Shown here: one piece after another, positions 1-9,213 of the stretch | Layout: every line of letters starts with the position of its first letter | How positions within the stretch are numbered: position 1 is the first letter of the stretch | From: Candidatus Latescibacterota bacterium | GTDB lineage: Bacteria > Latescibacterota > UBA2968 | Length of the DNA stretch: 64,000 bases | Reading direction: 5' to 3' | NCBI GenBank assembly: GCA_965208125.1 | Contig: OZ242320.1 | Coordinates: 1,472,001 to 1,536,000 of the forward strand | The notes under the pieces: generated by a model | The model's database searches: none | What the model saw: only the letters and a program-made list of their open reading frames with translations | What the model was told of the DNA's origin: nothing | Translations under genes and position numbers: made by a program

Positions 1-687
1 AACAAACGCCTCGACAAGGTAAAAAATATTCTAATTGCGGGTGGGCTATACGACCCCTCGGTCGATGTCCAGTCCGTTTACGAAAATAAAGTCGTACCAC
101 TGCTTATTGAACTGGACACCGGGCAGATCTTGAACAGCGAAGAATATCCCGATGGCATCGACGTAGATACGTATGACTTAAAAAAAATGGCCGCCGACCC
201 CACTCTTGGGCGTTCTATTGACTCTGATAGAGACATTGCAAATATTCGCAACCGTCCCAAATATATCTTCGTTTATAAAGTGATGGAAAACGACAAATTG
301 CAGCGCATTATCTTGCCCATCTACGGCTATGGCCTCTGGTCCACGCTCTACGGTTTTGTATCTCTGAGCAATGACCTGCAAAGCATTCAGGGCATCACAT
401 TTTACGAACACGGCGAAACCCCGGGATTGGGTGGCGAGGTAGATAACGCCAGATGGAAGGGCTTGTGGCCGGGCAAACAGGCTTATGACGACGCGGGCAA
501 TGTCGCCATCTCTGTAATCAAAGGCCAGGTAAATCCCAAAAGTGAAAAAGCAAAATACCAGGTCGATGGCCTCTCGGGTGCGACCATCACCACGCGGGGA
601 TTAGACAGCATGCTCAAGTACTGGTTGGGCAACGAAGGATACGGTCGATTTTTAGACACGCTAAAACAAGGAGGTGCTCGTGGCTGA
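1..687 (+). CDS. nqrC: Na+-translocating NADH:quinone reductase subunit C (5' truncated by window)
   Basis: Frame is open from base 1 ([15 protein letters not shown]...). Contains [21 protein letters not shown] and the FMN-attachment motif DGLSGAT. Lies upstream of nqrDEF. Confidence 0.96.
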   Translation, partial: NKRLDKVKNILIAGGLYDPSVDVQSVYENKVVPLLIELDTGQILNSEEYPDGIDVDTYDLKKMAADPTLGRSIDSDRDIANIRNRPKYIFVYKVMENDKLQRIILPIYGYGLWSTLYGFVSLSNDLQSIQGITFYEHGETPGLGGEVDNARWKGLWPGKQAYDDAGNVAISVIKGQVNPKSEKAKYQVDGLSGATITTRGLDSMLKYWLGNEGYGRFLDTLKQGGARG

Positions 688-1363
688 AGTAATCGAAAGG
701 GAAGAACAAGCGCCAGAAGTGCCACCATCTCCGTCTCTGACGGCGAAAGAAGCCAAAAGCCTGGTATGGACGCCCATCTTTGATGACAACCCCATCGGGC
801 GTCAGGTATTGGGAGTCTGTTCGGCACTCGCGGTGACCACAAAGCTGGAGACCTCAATCGTCATGTCTTTGGCGGTCATCTTTGTTATAACGCTTTCCAA
901 TATATCGGTAAGCCTGATCAGAAATCACATTCCATCCAGCGTGCGCATCATCGTTCAAATGACCATTATTGCCTCGCTTGTGATTATCGCCGACCAGGCT
1001 ATTCAGGCATTTGCTTACAACATATCCAAGCAATTGTCGATCTTTGTCGGACTGATCATTACCAACTGCATCATCATGGGACGCGCCGAAGGATTTGCAA
1101 TGAAAAATCCGCCCACGCACAGCTTATTAGATGGTCTGGGAAATGGATTGGGTTACAGCACCATCTTAATTGTGGTGGGATTTTTCCGCGAACTTCTGGG
1201 ATCGGGTAAACTTCTGGGCGTTGACATTTTGCCACTCGTCACCGAAGGCGGCTGGTACATGCCCAACGGCTTGATGTTATTATCGCCGAGTGCGTTTTTC
1301 TTAATCGGGTTCTTCATCTGGGTTGTGCGCGCGTGGAAACCCGAGCAAGTGGAAGAGGATTAA
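680..1363 (+). CDS. nqrD: Na+-NQR subunit D
   Basis: Motifs [17 protein letters not shown] and [16 protein letters not shown]-terminus [11 protein letters not shown] at 680 follows GGAGG. Confidence 0.95.
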   Translation: MAEVIEREEQAPEVPPSPSLTAKEAKSLVWTPIFDDNPIGRQVLGVCSALAVTTKLETSIVMSLAVIFVITLSNISVSLIRNHIPSSVRIIVQMTIIASLVIIADQAIQAFAYNISKQLSIFVGLIITNCIIMGRAEGFAMKNPPTHSLLDGLGNGLGYSTILIVVGFFRELLGSGKLLGVDILPLVTEGGWYMPNGLMLLSPSAFFLIGFFIWVVRAWKPEQVEED

Positions 1364-1364
1364 A

Positions 1365-1976
1365 ATGGCCGAACACTATATCAGCTTATTTGTCAAAGCC
1401 GTTTTTGTCGAAAATATGGCCCTCGCTTTCTTTTTGGGCATGTGTACATACCTCGCCGTCTCCAAACAGGTGACAACCGCTGTGGGCCTGGGCATTGCGG
1501 TGATTGTGGTGCAGACGATTACAGTGCCGATCAACAACCTCATTTTTACCCATGTCCTGACCGAAGGCGCGCTCGCCTGGGCGGGTTTGCCAAATGTAGA
1601 TCTCACATTTTTGGGCCTGGTCACATATATCGGCGTCATCGCCGCAATGATTCAAATTCTGGAAATGGTACTGGACAAATACGTGCCCACTCTGTACAAC
1701 GCCCTGGGCATATTCTTGCCCCTGATCACAGTGAACTGCGCGATCTTAGGCGGTTCCCTGCTCATGGTCGAACGCGACTTTAATTTTTCAGAAAGCGTGG
1801 TCTTTGGACTCGGCAGTGGCACGGGTTGGGCACTCGCCATAGTCGGACTGGCGGGCATACGCGAAAAAATGAAATACAGCAATGTGCCACCTGCACTGCG
1901 CGGGCTGGGCATCACGTTTATGACCGTGGGATTGATGGCAATGGCATTTATGCTCTTTTCGGGGATTCAACTTTAG
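1365..1976 (+). CDS. nqrE: Na+-NQR subunit E
   Basis: Starts [25 protein letters not shown], contains [13 protein letters not shown], ends FSGIQL. Confidence 0.96.
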   Translation: MAEHYISLFVKAVFVENMALAFFLGMCTYLAVSKQVTTAVGLGIAVIVVQTITVPINNLIFTHVLTEGALAWAGLPNVDLTFLGLVTYIGVIAAMIQILEMVLDKYVPTLYNALGIFLPLITVNCAILGGSLLMVERDFNFSESVVFGLGSGTGWALAIVGLAGIREKMKYSNVPPALRGLGITFMTVGLMAMAFMLFSGIQL

Positions 1977-1999
1977 ATCCAGGCAAGCGTGGAGATAAT

Positions 2000-3250
2000 A
2001 TGGAAGACGTAAGGCTAATTTTACTCGGTGTAGGAATGTTTACTACCATGGTGCTGATGCTGGTAGCGGTCATACTCATTGCCAGATCGCGATTGGTTGC
2101 CTCAGGGCAGGCTCACATCACCATCAACGAGGACCCGGACCACAGCATTGCTGTTCCCATAGGCGGCAAATTGCTCAACACATTGGCCGACAATAGAATT
2201 TTTGTATCCTCCGCCTGTGGGGGAGGCGGCACCTGTGGACAGTGTAAAGTGACGATCAACGACGGGGGAGGCGATATCTTAGCCACCGAGCGATCGCACA
2301 TCAACCGCAAAGAAGCGCGTGAAGGGTGTCGGCTTTCGTGTCAAGTCACGGTAAAGGGCGATATGGACATCGAAGTACCCGCCGAAGTATTTAGCATCAA
2401 AAAGTGGGACTGCAAAGTAATCTCAAATTACAATGTCGCCACATTCATCAAAGAACTCGTCCTCGAACTGCCCCCAGGGGAAGACGTCGGGTTCCGAGCT
2501 GGTGGATTTATTCAAATCGAATGCCCGCCCCACACCGTTGACTACCGCAACTTCGACATCAAAGCCGACGACGGTGAAGACCGCTTCAGAAGCACCTGGG
2601 ATCACTTCAACGTATGGGACAATATCTCGGTAGTAGATGAACCCGTCTTCCGCGCGTACTCAATGGCGAATTATCCCGAAGAAAAAGGGATCATCATGCT
2701 CAACATCCGCGTGGCGTCCCCCCCTCCGGGCACAACGGGCATTCCGCCGGGCAAAATGTCGTCGTGGACTTTTGATCTAAAACCCGGCGATGATGTAACC
2801 ATCTCGGGACCCTATGGCGAATTCTTCGCCAAAGAAACAGATGCCGAAATGATCTTCATCGGTGGCGGCGCGGGCATGGCCCCGATGCGGTCGCACATCT
2901 TCGATCAATTCAAACGCATAGGAACAGACCGCAAAGTAACCTTCTGGTATGGCGCGCGCAGCCTGAATGAAATGTTTTACGTCGATGACTTTGACGGATT
3001 GCAGAGCGACTACGATAATTTCACCTGGCATGTGGCACTATCCGACCCCATGCCGGAAGACAACTGGACGGGCCTAACTGGCTTTATTCACCAGGTCCTC
3101 TACGACGAGTACTTAAAAGATCATCCAGCCCCCGAAGATTGTGAATATTATATCTGCGGTCCCCCGCTGATGTTAGTTGCATGTATGGATATGCTGGACG
3201 ATATGGGTGTGGAACCCGAAAATATCTTATTCGACGACTTTGGCGGGTAA
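2000..3250 (+). CDS. nqrF: Na+-NQR subunit F (2Fe-2S/FAD/NADH)
   Basis: [12 protein letters not shown]...RLSCQ ferredoxin motif, [21 protein letters not shown], ends DDFGG. ATG at 2000 follows GGAG. Confidence 0.97.
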   Translation: MEDVRLILLGVGMFTTMVLMLVAVILIARSRLVASGQAHITINEDPDHSIAVPIGGKLLNTLADNRIFVSSACGGGGTCGQCKVTINDGGGDILATERSHINRKEAREGCRLSCQVTVKGDMDIEVPAEVFSIKKWDCKVISNYNVATFIKELVLELPPGEDVGFRAGGFIQIECPPHTVDYRNFDIKADDGEDRFRSTWDHFNVWDNISVVDEPVFRAYSMANYPEEKGIIMLNIRVASPPPGTTGIPPGKMSSWTFDLKPGDDVTISGPYGEFFAKETDAEMIFIGGGAGMAPMRSHIFDQFKRIGTDRKVTFWYGARSLNEMFYVDDFDGLQSDYDNFTWHVALSDPMPEDNWTGLTGFIHQVLYDEYLKDHPAPEDCEYYICGPPLMLVACMDMLDDMGVEPENILFDDFGG

Positions 3251-3282
3251 TCGGGACCAGACCAGTTCATTAAAAGTACATA

Positions 3283-3321
3283 AAAAAAGTCTTCGGTTAC
3301 TGGTGAACCGAAGACTTTTTT
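3283..3321. terminator. Bidirectional intrinsic terminator
   Basis: AAAAAAGTCTTCGGTT / AACCGAAGACTTTTTT inverted repeat between convergent nqrF and the CBS gene. Confidence 0.85.
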
Positions 3322-3356
3322 GTCGGGTAGTTCTTCAGACACATCAACCTCCTGTA

Positions 3357-3806
3357 TTACGATGCCCGCCAATCCAGCGTGACAAAATCCTTGTATATCA
3401 TCACTTCTTCCTCAGCAGATTCCAACTTGGCTTTAACAATATCGCCAATCGACACAATGCCAGCAAGACGACCCACCTCATCAACAATCGGCATGTGCCG
3501 GAATCGCCCCTCGGTCATCTCTGCCATCACATATTCAATATCGCAATCCGGATTGCTCGTAACGAGATCGCGCGTCATCACATCCTCAACGTGCACAGCC
3601 TGCAAATCCGCACCATTATACACCACGCGCATCAAATCGCGCTCAGTGATAATACCGAGCAAATCTCCTGCTCGATTCTGCACGACAAGCGCACCCACGC
3701 TATTTTGAATCAGCGTAGCCAGTACCACATCCAATGTGTGATAAGGTCCAATCGTAATCACGCGGCGACCTTTTTGGTCGAGAATATCTTGAATGGTCAT
3801 AATCAT
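3357..3806 (-). CDS. Tandem CBS-domain protein
   Basis: VGALVV...GIITERD, then VEDVMT...RFRHMPIVD...GIVSIGDIVK. GGAGG RBS upstream. Confidence 0.9.
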   Translation of the reverse strand: MIMTIQDILDQKGRRVITIGPYHTLDVVLATLIQNSVGALVVQNRAGDLLGIITERDLMRVVYNGADLQAVHVEDVMTRDLVTSNPDCDIEYVMAEMTEGRFRHMPIVDEVGRLAGIVSIGDIVKAKLESAEEEVMIYKDFVTLDWRAS

Positions 3807-4331
3807 ACCTCCATGAGTTCGGGGAAAAGTTTCATGGGTTCAAGAAAAATAAAAAGCGGCCTCGATCAAAAGTGATTCACAGTATGACTTCCCATCGGAG
3901 CCGCATAAATTCGTTGGTGGCATGGCCCTCCTCCTTGTGTGTGCGTTAGTTGTCATGACCCGCCTAAAAGCACAGGCTGTATGCCGATAAATCTCCACCA
4001 AATATTTTATTGCACCCCAGCTACGAATCGGGTATGGGCAACACAGTCAACCTCCTTATTAGATTGTCGGATTATCCGCCATTTTGGAGAATATAAAGAG
4101 ATCAAAACGCCATGTCAAATAGTTTAATAATACTTGTATAAACCATTGAAATTATTTATATTTACAGTACGATCGAATTTTAAATTGTATTTTAGAGTGA
4201 AACGATGGGTATAGTGTGCGTATAGGGAAAATATAAGTATTGTTATACAATTCCCTATTCCCATTCAGAACCACTAATACCTGAGATAGAGACATAGCTT
4301 TCAACACGACATTTGGAGCCTGTGACGGAAC

Positions 4332-5336
4332 ATGAACAGAATTTGGCGATGGATATTTCCAATCCTGTTAATCGGATGTCAGGATCAGTTGGTGACGATT
4401 TCCGGTTCGACGATGGGAACGACGTTTCAGGTCAAAATCGTCCAAAAAGACCAAACTCTTGACGCGGATGTATTGGACCGAGAAATCAACGCGCGATTGG
4501 AAGAAGTCAATCGCCAGATGTCCACTTATCGGGACAACTCCGAAATCACCCAATTCAACCGCTCGCCTTCAGCAGACTGGTTTGCAGTCTCATCGGACTT
4601 TGCTTATGTTTTACACATCGCGCGTGAAATCAGCACCTGGTCCGATGGCGCGTTTGACGTCACCATTGGCCCCCTGGTCAACCTGTGGGGTTTTGGACCC
4701 AACGCCATCCCCGAGCGCGTACCATCGCCCGACTCAATACAAGCTGCTAAAACACTGATCGGATACGAAAAAATTCACATTGACCTATCTACCCCCGCCA
4801 TAAAAAAAGAACTACCCGAAATCTATTGCGACTTATCCGCAATAGCCAAGGGTTTTGGTGTAGATCGCATAGCGAGTTATCTGGACAGTTTGGACATCAA
4901 TCACTATTTTATCGAAATCGGCGGCGAACTGCGGGCAAAGGGACACAACCACCTCAGACAACTCTGGCGGATAGGCATTGCAAGCCCCGCGGGACAGGGC
5001 GAACTACAAAAAGCACTCGCCCTGAACAACATGTCCATGGCGACATCGGGCGATTACCACAATTATTTTGAACGCGACGGCGTGCGGTATTCCCACACCA
5101 TTGACCCGCGCACAGGACGGCCCATAACGCATGCATTGGCCTCCGTAACAGTACTACACAAAAGCTGTGCCTACGCCGATGGACTGGCCACAGCGATCAA
5201 CGTAATGGGACCGGAAAAAGGATTTGCGTTTGCAGAAAAACACAATCTCGCCGTATTTATGATTGTGCGACAAGGAAATGGATTCGTGGAAAAAATGACG
5301 TCTAATTTCAAAAAGGCGGTAAGAGGTGAGAAGTAA
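4332..5336 (+). CDS. apbE: FAD:protein FMN transferase (lipoprotein)
   Basis: Lipobox LIGC, GSTMGT, FDVTIGPLVNLWGFG, DLSAIAKG, ATSGDY, YSHTIDPRTG. Adjacent to nqr. Confidence 0.95.
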   Translation: MNRIWRWIFPILLIGCQDQLVTISGSTMGTTFQVKIVQKDQTLDADVLDREINARLEEVNRQMSTYRDNSEITQFNRSPSADWFAVSSDFAYVLHIAREISTWSDGAFDVTIGPLVNLWGFGPNAIPERVPSPDSIQAAKTLIGYEKIHIDLSTPAIKKELPEIYCDLSAIAKGFGVDRIASYLDSLDINHYFIEIGGELRAKGHNHLRQLWRIGIASPAGQGELQKALALNNMSMATSGDYHNYFERDGVRYSHTIDPRTGRPITHALASVTVLHKSCAYADGLATAINVMGPEKGFAFAEKHNLAVFMIVRQGNGFVEKMTSNFKKAVRGEK

Positions 5337-5346
5337 GAGGTGAGAA
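5319..5346 (+). repeat. Tandem 14-mer (two 7-mers) GTAAGAGGTGAGAA x2
   Basis: Direct reading; spans the apbE stop codon. Confidence 0.8.
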
Positions 5347-5358
5347 GACGTTTATTTT

Positions 5359-5727
5359 TTATACAATAGGAAGAGGCCTGATCCGTATGCTATTTTGGGT
5401 AAAAACAACAATGCTACCATCTTGAAGATCATTGGAAATCGTCGGTAGATTGGCCTGTAAGAGTTTAAATTGTTGCTCTGGATGCCTCTCCGTACCTCTT
5501 CGAAAAAGGATTACAGATGGTTTGATAGTAGTTCTCAATGCGAGTAATGTGCCAAAGTCAGTGTCAGCCGAAATGATGATCCTATCCTCTCTTTGAGCAA
5601 GTCGAAAAATATCTTCATCGGATGCAGATTGCATGTTATATTCGCGGATATGTACAGTATCGTATCCCTCTTCCACGAGTCTTTGAGCCAGCAACGGGGA
5701 AAGCGCATTATCAATGAGAAATCTCAT
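5359..5727 (-). CDS. DUF5615 / Mut7-C-like PIN toxin
   Basis: [10 protein letters not shown]...DEDIF...[15 protein letters not shown] acidic pattern. Overlaps the upstream DUF433 gene. Confidence 0.85.
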   Translation of the reverse strand: MRFLIDNALSPLLAQRLVEEGYDTVHIREYNMQSASDEDIFRLAQREDRIIISADTDFGTLLALRTTIKPSVILFRRGTERHPEQQFKLLQANLPTISNDLQDGSIVVFTQNSIRIRPLPIV

Positions 5728-5954
5728 GGTATCATCTGGAGAGGAAGTTCTCGTTCACGCACTGCAACCGCTGCATAAGCGAGTGCTTCGCGTATGTCTT
5801 CGGGTTCGAGGTCGGGATAGAGTCTCAAAATTTCCTCATCAGATGTGTTTGCAGCGACGAGATCAACAATGACAGAAACGGGGATACGAAGACCTCTTAT
5901 ACAGGGCAATCCCCCCATTTGGTCTGCAGAAATAGTGATACGTTGAAATTTCAT
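5724..5954 (-). CDS. DUF433 antitoxin
   Basis: [22 protein letters not shown]...[22 protein letters not shown] is the DUF433 pattern. Confidence 0.9.
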   Translation of the reverse strand: MKFQRITISADQMGGLPCIRGLRIPVSVIVDLVAANTSDEEILRLYPDLEPEDIREALAYAAVAVRERELPLQMIP

Positions 5955-6050
5955 TTTTCATTCCTTTCGAATACTTTTAGCATAGAACACACATAAGTAT
6001 AGCCATCCCACCTTCCGCTTTCAAGCGCAATTTCCATTGTGGACAACAAC

Positions 6051-6275
6051 ATGGAAACCATATTAACAGCGACGATCTTTCTCATCATAGCATTTGCGTT
6101 TATGGCAGGTGCATTGACATTTGCGCAGTACAAGAAAAAGCAGCAGAGTTGTTGTGGCGACGTCTTGGAAACCCATGAACAGGACTTGGACGAGGACTCT
6201 GCTTGCTTTACATGCCCACGTCGCAAAAAAGCGGAAAAAGATCAGAACACCGTCTCCATCGCGGAAAAGGTGTGA
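6051..6275 (+). CDS. NqrM-like (DUF539) Na+-NQR maturation protein
   Basis: N-terminal TM helix, basic patch, SCCG...CFTC (4 Cys). Lies downstream of apbE as in nqr-apbE-nqrM operons. Confidence 0.6.
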   Translation: METILTATIFLIIAFAFMAGALTFAQYKKKQQSCCGDVLETHEQDLDEDSACFTCPRRKKAEKDQNTVSIAEKV

Positions 6276-6278
6276 TAA

Positions 6279-6581
6279 TCAGCTCAATGGAGGATACCAG
6301 TCGAGTTGCCCTCCTTGAACGCGGCAGCGGGTCTCGCAGAGATTGTCATTCCGGTCTTTGTAAATAACCTTCCACTCAATGCGTTTTAATGCCAGCAGAT
6401 CCTGATGCTCATTCACCTGAATCTCCCTTACCACGCGCTCAATACTCACAACCCGCCCTTCAACTTTGTAAACAGATAGGCGAATCTGCGTCACATAGCG
6501 ATTTCGCCAAACAAAATAATAGAGAAAAAATCCAAAAACGAGTGCTGTAAACAGATATGCGATCAGAATAGTTGACACCAA
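6279..6581 (-). CDS. Hypothetical small single-pass membrane protein
   Basis: N-terminal hydrophobic helix. AGAAAGG precedes TTG/GTG; exact start is uncertain. Confidence 0.55.
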   Translation of the reverse strand: MVSTILIAYLFTALVFGFFLYYFVWRNRYVTQIRLSVYKVEGRVVSIERVVREIQVNEHQDLLALKRIEWKVIYKDRNDNLCETRCRVQGGQLDWYPPLS

Positions 6582-6708
6582 ATGTACCTTTCTATTAATT
6601 GAATGGTTGCACAATAATAAATAACCCGCCTACAAGATAAGACGCGATGAGATATTTCGCTTGATTTTTTGCGTCAAAAAATATTAAATAAGACAGTTCG
6701 CACATCCC

Positions 6709-6736
6709 CCCATTCGAGCGAACGAATGGGTTTTTT
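6709..6736 (+). terminator. Intrinsic terminator in the leader of the mrp operon
   Basis: CCCATTCG-agcgaa-CGAATGGG followed by TTTTTT. Confidence 0.7.
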
Positions 6737-6770
6737 GTGCCTTTCCTATAGGATGGGTGCTAACTGCTGA

Positions 6771-6789
6771 GGACGGAACCGTCCCCTAC
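6771..6789 (-). repeat. Short GTAG-type REP
   Basis: Reverse complement reads GTAGGGGACGGTTCCGTCC, same family as the copies at 15898, 15959 and 26358. Confidence 0.65.
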
Positions 6790-6808
6790 GATTTCATCCG
6801 AGGTTTAT

Positions 6809-7285
6809 ATGCGATACATCTTTTTTTTCGTTTTTTCATTCGCCATCTGGCTGCTCTTGTCTGGATATTACGTGATTCATCACACGCTTATTCTCGCAAT
6901 GGGTGTGTTATCCTGCGCTTTTGTCGTTTATCTGGCGGGACGTCTATCTATTGTAGATGAAGAAGGACATCCAATTCATCTGATCTGGGGCCTCGTTTTC
7001 TATATTCCCTGGCTACTCTGGGCCATTATCAAAGCGAATATCGACGTGGCAAAACGCATTTTGAACCCCAGGTTGCCCATTGCCCCGCGCATAGTGCGCG
7101 TAAGCGGAACGCAAAAAAACGATCTTTGTCGCGTTATTTTTGCCAATTCAATAACCCTGACCCCCGGCACCGTATCACTCGACCTGGACGAAGAAGATAT
7201 TGTGGTACATGCCCTGACAGAAGAAGCTGCTAATGATGTACAGAGCGGCGATATGGACCGCCGCGTGACGGCACTGGAGCAATGA
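6809..7285 (+). CDS. mnhE: Mrp/Mnh Na+/H+ antiporter subunit E
   Basis: ANIDVAKRIL...FANSITLTPGT...VHAL. Confidence 0.93.
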   Translation: MRYIFFFVFSFAIWLLLSGYYVIHHTLILAMGVLSCAFVVYLAGRLSIVDEEGHPIHLIWGLVFYIPWLLWAIIKANIDVAKRILNPRLPIAPRIVRVSGTQKNDLCRVIFANSITLTPGTVSLDLDEEDIVVHALTEEAANDVQSGDMDRRVTALEQ

Positions 7286-7286
7286 G

Positions 7287-7577
7287 ATGTTTATTGCGGC
7301 AATGATCGGCATATTGGTCACCATGGCACTGGCACTTTGCCGCGCCCTATTGGGACCAACTGTGTACGATCGCATCCTATCGGTAAATATGTTTGGCACC
7401 AAAACCGTATTATTTATTGCCGTACTCGGATTTTTAACTGGCCGGCCCGATTTTCTGGACCTCGCCCTTATTTATGTATTGATCAACTTTATCGGTACAT
7501 TGGCCGTTCTAAAATTTGTGACCTATAATGACCTGGGTGCCGATCCCGAAGAAGAAAACAGGACGCAAACACCATGA
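7287..7577 (+). CDS. mnhF: Mrp/Mnh subunit F
   Basis: RALLGPTVYDRILSVN...DLALIY...FIGT. Confidence 0.92.
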   Translation: MFIAAMIGILVTMALALCRALLGPTVYDRILSVNMFGTKTVLFIAVLGFLTGRPDFLDLALIYVLINFIGTLAVLKFVTYNDLGADPEEENRTQTP

Positions 7578-7906
7578 CGATTGTCGATATATTGAGCTGG
7601 ATTTGCCTCATCCCGGGATGTATTCTATGCATGATAGGCGGCCTGGGCCTGTTGCGCTTGCCCGATTTTTACAGCCGCATGCACGGCGGTGGTGTCACCG
7701 ACACACTGGGGGCGAGCCTCGTCTTGCTGGGATTGATGTTTCAGGGCGGTCTGACAATGGTCACAGTGAAACTGGTGATGATTCTGGTGATATTGCTCCT
7801 CACCAGTCCGACATCGACCCACGCAGTGGGCAAAGCGGCATTGACGTCGGGCCTCAAGCCATTTTTAAGAGATCCCGACAACAAAGGGAAAAATGAGCAT
7901 GACTGA
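7574..7906 (+). CDS. mnhG: Mrp/Mnh subunit G
   Basis: GLLRLPDFYSRMH...DTLG...SPTSTHA. Confidence 0.92.
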   Translation: MTIVDILSWICLIPGCILCMIGGLGLLRLPDFYSRMHGGGVTDTLGASLVLLGLMFQGGLTMVTVKLVMILVILLLTSPTSTHAVGKAALTSGLKPFLRDPDNKGKNEHD

Positions 7907-8438
7907 AATTCTGAGCATCGTCCTGCTGTCTTTTATGATAGTACTCGCGATTGCGGTTTCCCGAATGCAAAATCTGTTTATGGCCGCAATGATGCTGGGC
8001 ATATTCAGCTTCCTATCGGCTATCGTATTTACATTGCTCGACGCCGTCGATGTCGCATTTACCGAAGCGGCTGTTGGAGCCGGTGTGTCAACCGTGCTCC
8101 TGCTGGGCACCCTATCATTGACGACGCGCGAAGAAAAAATGATCAAAAAAAATAACGCATTGGCACTGCTTGTCGTGCTCGTTACGGGCAGCGCGCTCAT
8201 TTACGGCACACTGGACATGCCGATGTTCGGCGACCCCAATGCGCCCGTTCACACACACGTTGCCGATCGCTATATTGAAAAATCGGGAGAAGAAATGGGA
8301 ATCCCCAATATTGTAACATCGGTATTGGCGAGCTACCGGGGATACGATACACTGGGTGAAGTAACCGTAATTTTTACGGCTGGTATCGGCGTAATATTGC
8401 TCCTGGGACATATCTGGCGCAAGGAGGACGGGCAATGA
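7893..8438 (+). CDS. Mrp subunit: DUF4040 plus MnhB N-terminal part (MrpA C-terminal-like)
   Basis: DAVDVAFTEAAVGAG and PNIVTSVLASYRGYDTLGE. Confidence 0.88.
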   Translation: MSMTEILSIVLLSFMIVLAIAVSRMQNLFMAAMMLGIFSFLSAIVFTLLDAVDVAFTEAAVGAGVSTVLLLGTLSLTTREEKMIKKNNALALLVVLVTGSALIYGTLDMPMFGDPNAPVHTHVADRYIEKSGEEMGIPNIVTSVLASYRGYDTLGEVTVIFTAGIGVILLLGHIWRKEDGQ

Positions 8439-8860
8439 GACATCAGAGCATTCCCCGCGTAGTGGGTAAGGGATTCATTCCGCCGATACTGTTATTCGCG
8501 CTCTACGTGCAATTTCACGGCGACTTTGGACCTGGAGGAGGGTTTCAAGCCGGTGTGATTTTTGCCGCAGCAGTGGTGCTCTACACGCTAATTTTTGGCC
8601 TGCAAGCCGCAAAACAAATCGTAAAACCCCGCATCATTGAAACACTCGTCGCACTCGGCGTCTTGCTCTATGCGGGCACGGGATTGGCCTCCCTATTTCT
8701 CGGTTACAATTTCCTGGATTATACTGCTCTGGATCCGGACAGTGCTCCGCACGGACAGCATCTGGGCATCTTGCTGGTCGAACTCGGCGTGGGTATTACC
8801 GTGGCTGCAGTAATGATAGCCATCTTTTTTTCTTTTGCAGGTCGGAGGCGATTGCGATGA
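8435..8860 (+). CDS. mnhB: Mrp/Mnh subunit B
   Basis: HGDFGPGGGFQAG...ELGVGITV. Confidence 0.9.
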   Translation: MRHQSIPRVVGKGFIPPILLFALYVQFHGDFGPGGGFQAGVIFAAAVVLYTLIFGLQAAKQIVKPRIIETLVALGVLLYAGTGLASLFLGYNFLDYTALDPDSAPHGQHLGILLVELGVGITVAAVMIAIFFSFAGRRRLR

Positions 8861-9213
8861 TCTCCGTAGGATTATTCAACTACTGGGCCTGTATGGTCTT
8901 GATGATGATTGGATTGTACACCGCAATTGCGCGCCCCAATCTCATCAAAAAATTGATTGGCCTGAGTATCTTCCAGGTCTCGGTTTTCTTACTCTATATC
9001 ACCGTGGGAAAGGTCAGCGGTGGTACTGCGCCAATTTTGGCTGAAGGTATTGACACATATTCCAACCCATTACCCCATGTACTCATCCTGACGGCAATTG
9101 TCGTGGGCATTGCAACCCTCTCCCTGGGTTTGGCACTCGTCGTGCGAATTGGGGAAGCTTATGATACAATTGAGGAAGATGAAATTATAGAACGGGACAT
9201 TGTGAATGATTGA
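8857..9213 (+). CDS. mnhC: Mrp/Mnh subunit C
   Basis: NLIKKLIGL...NPLPHVLILTAIVVG. Confidence 0.92.
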   Translation: MISVGLFNYWACMVLMMIGLYTAIARPNLIKKLIGLSIFQVSVFLLYITVGKVSGGTAPILAEGIDTYSNPLPHVLILTAIVVGIATLSLGLALVVRIGEAYDTIEEDEIIERDIVND

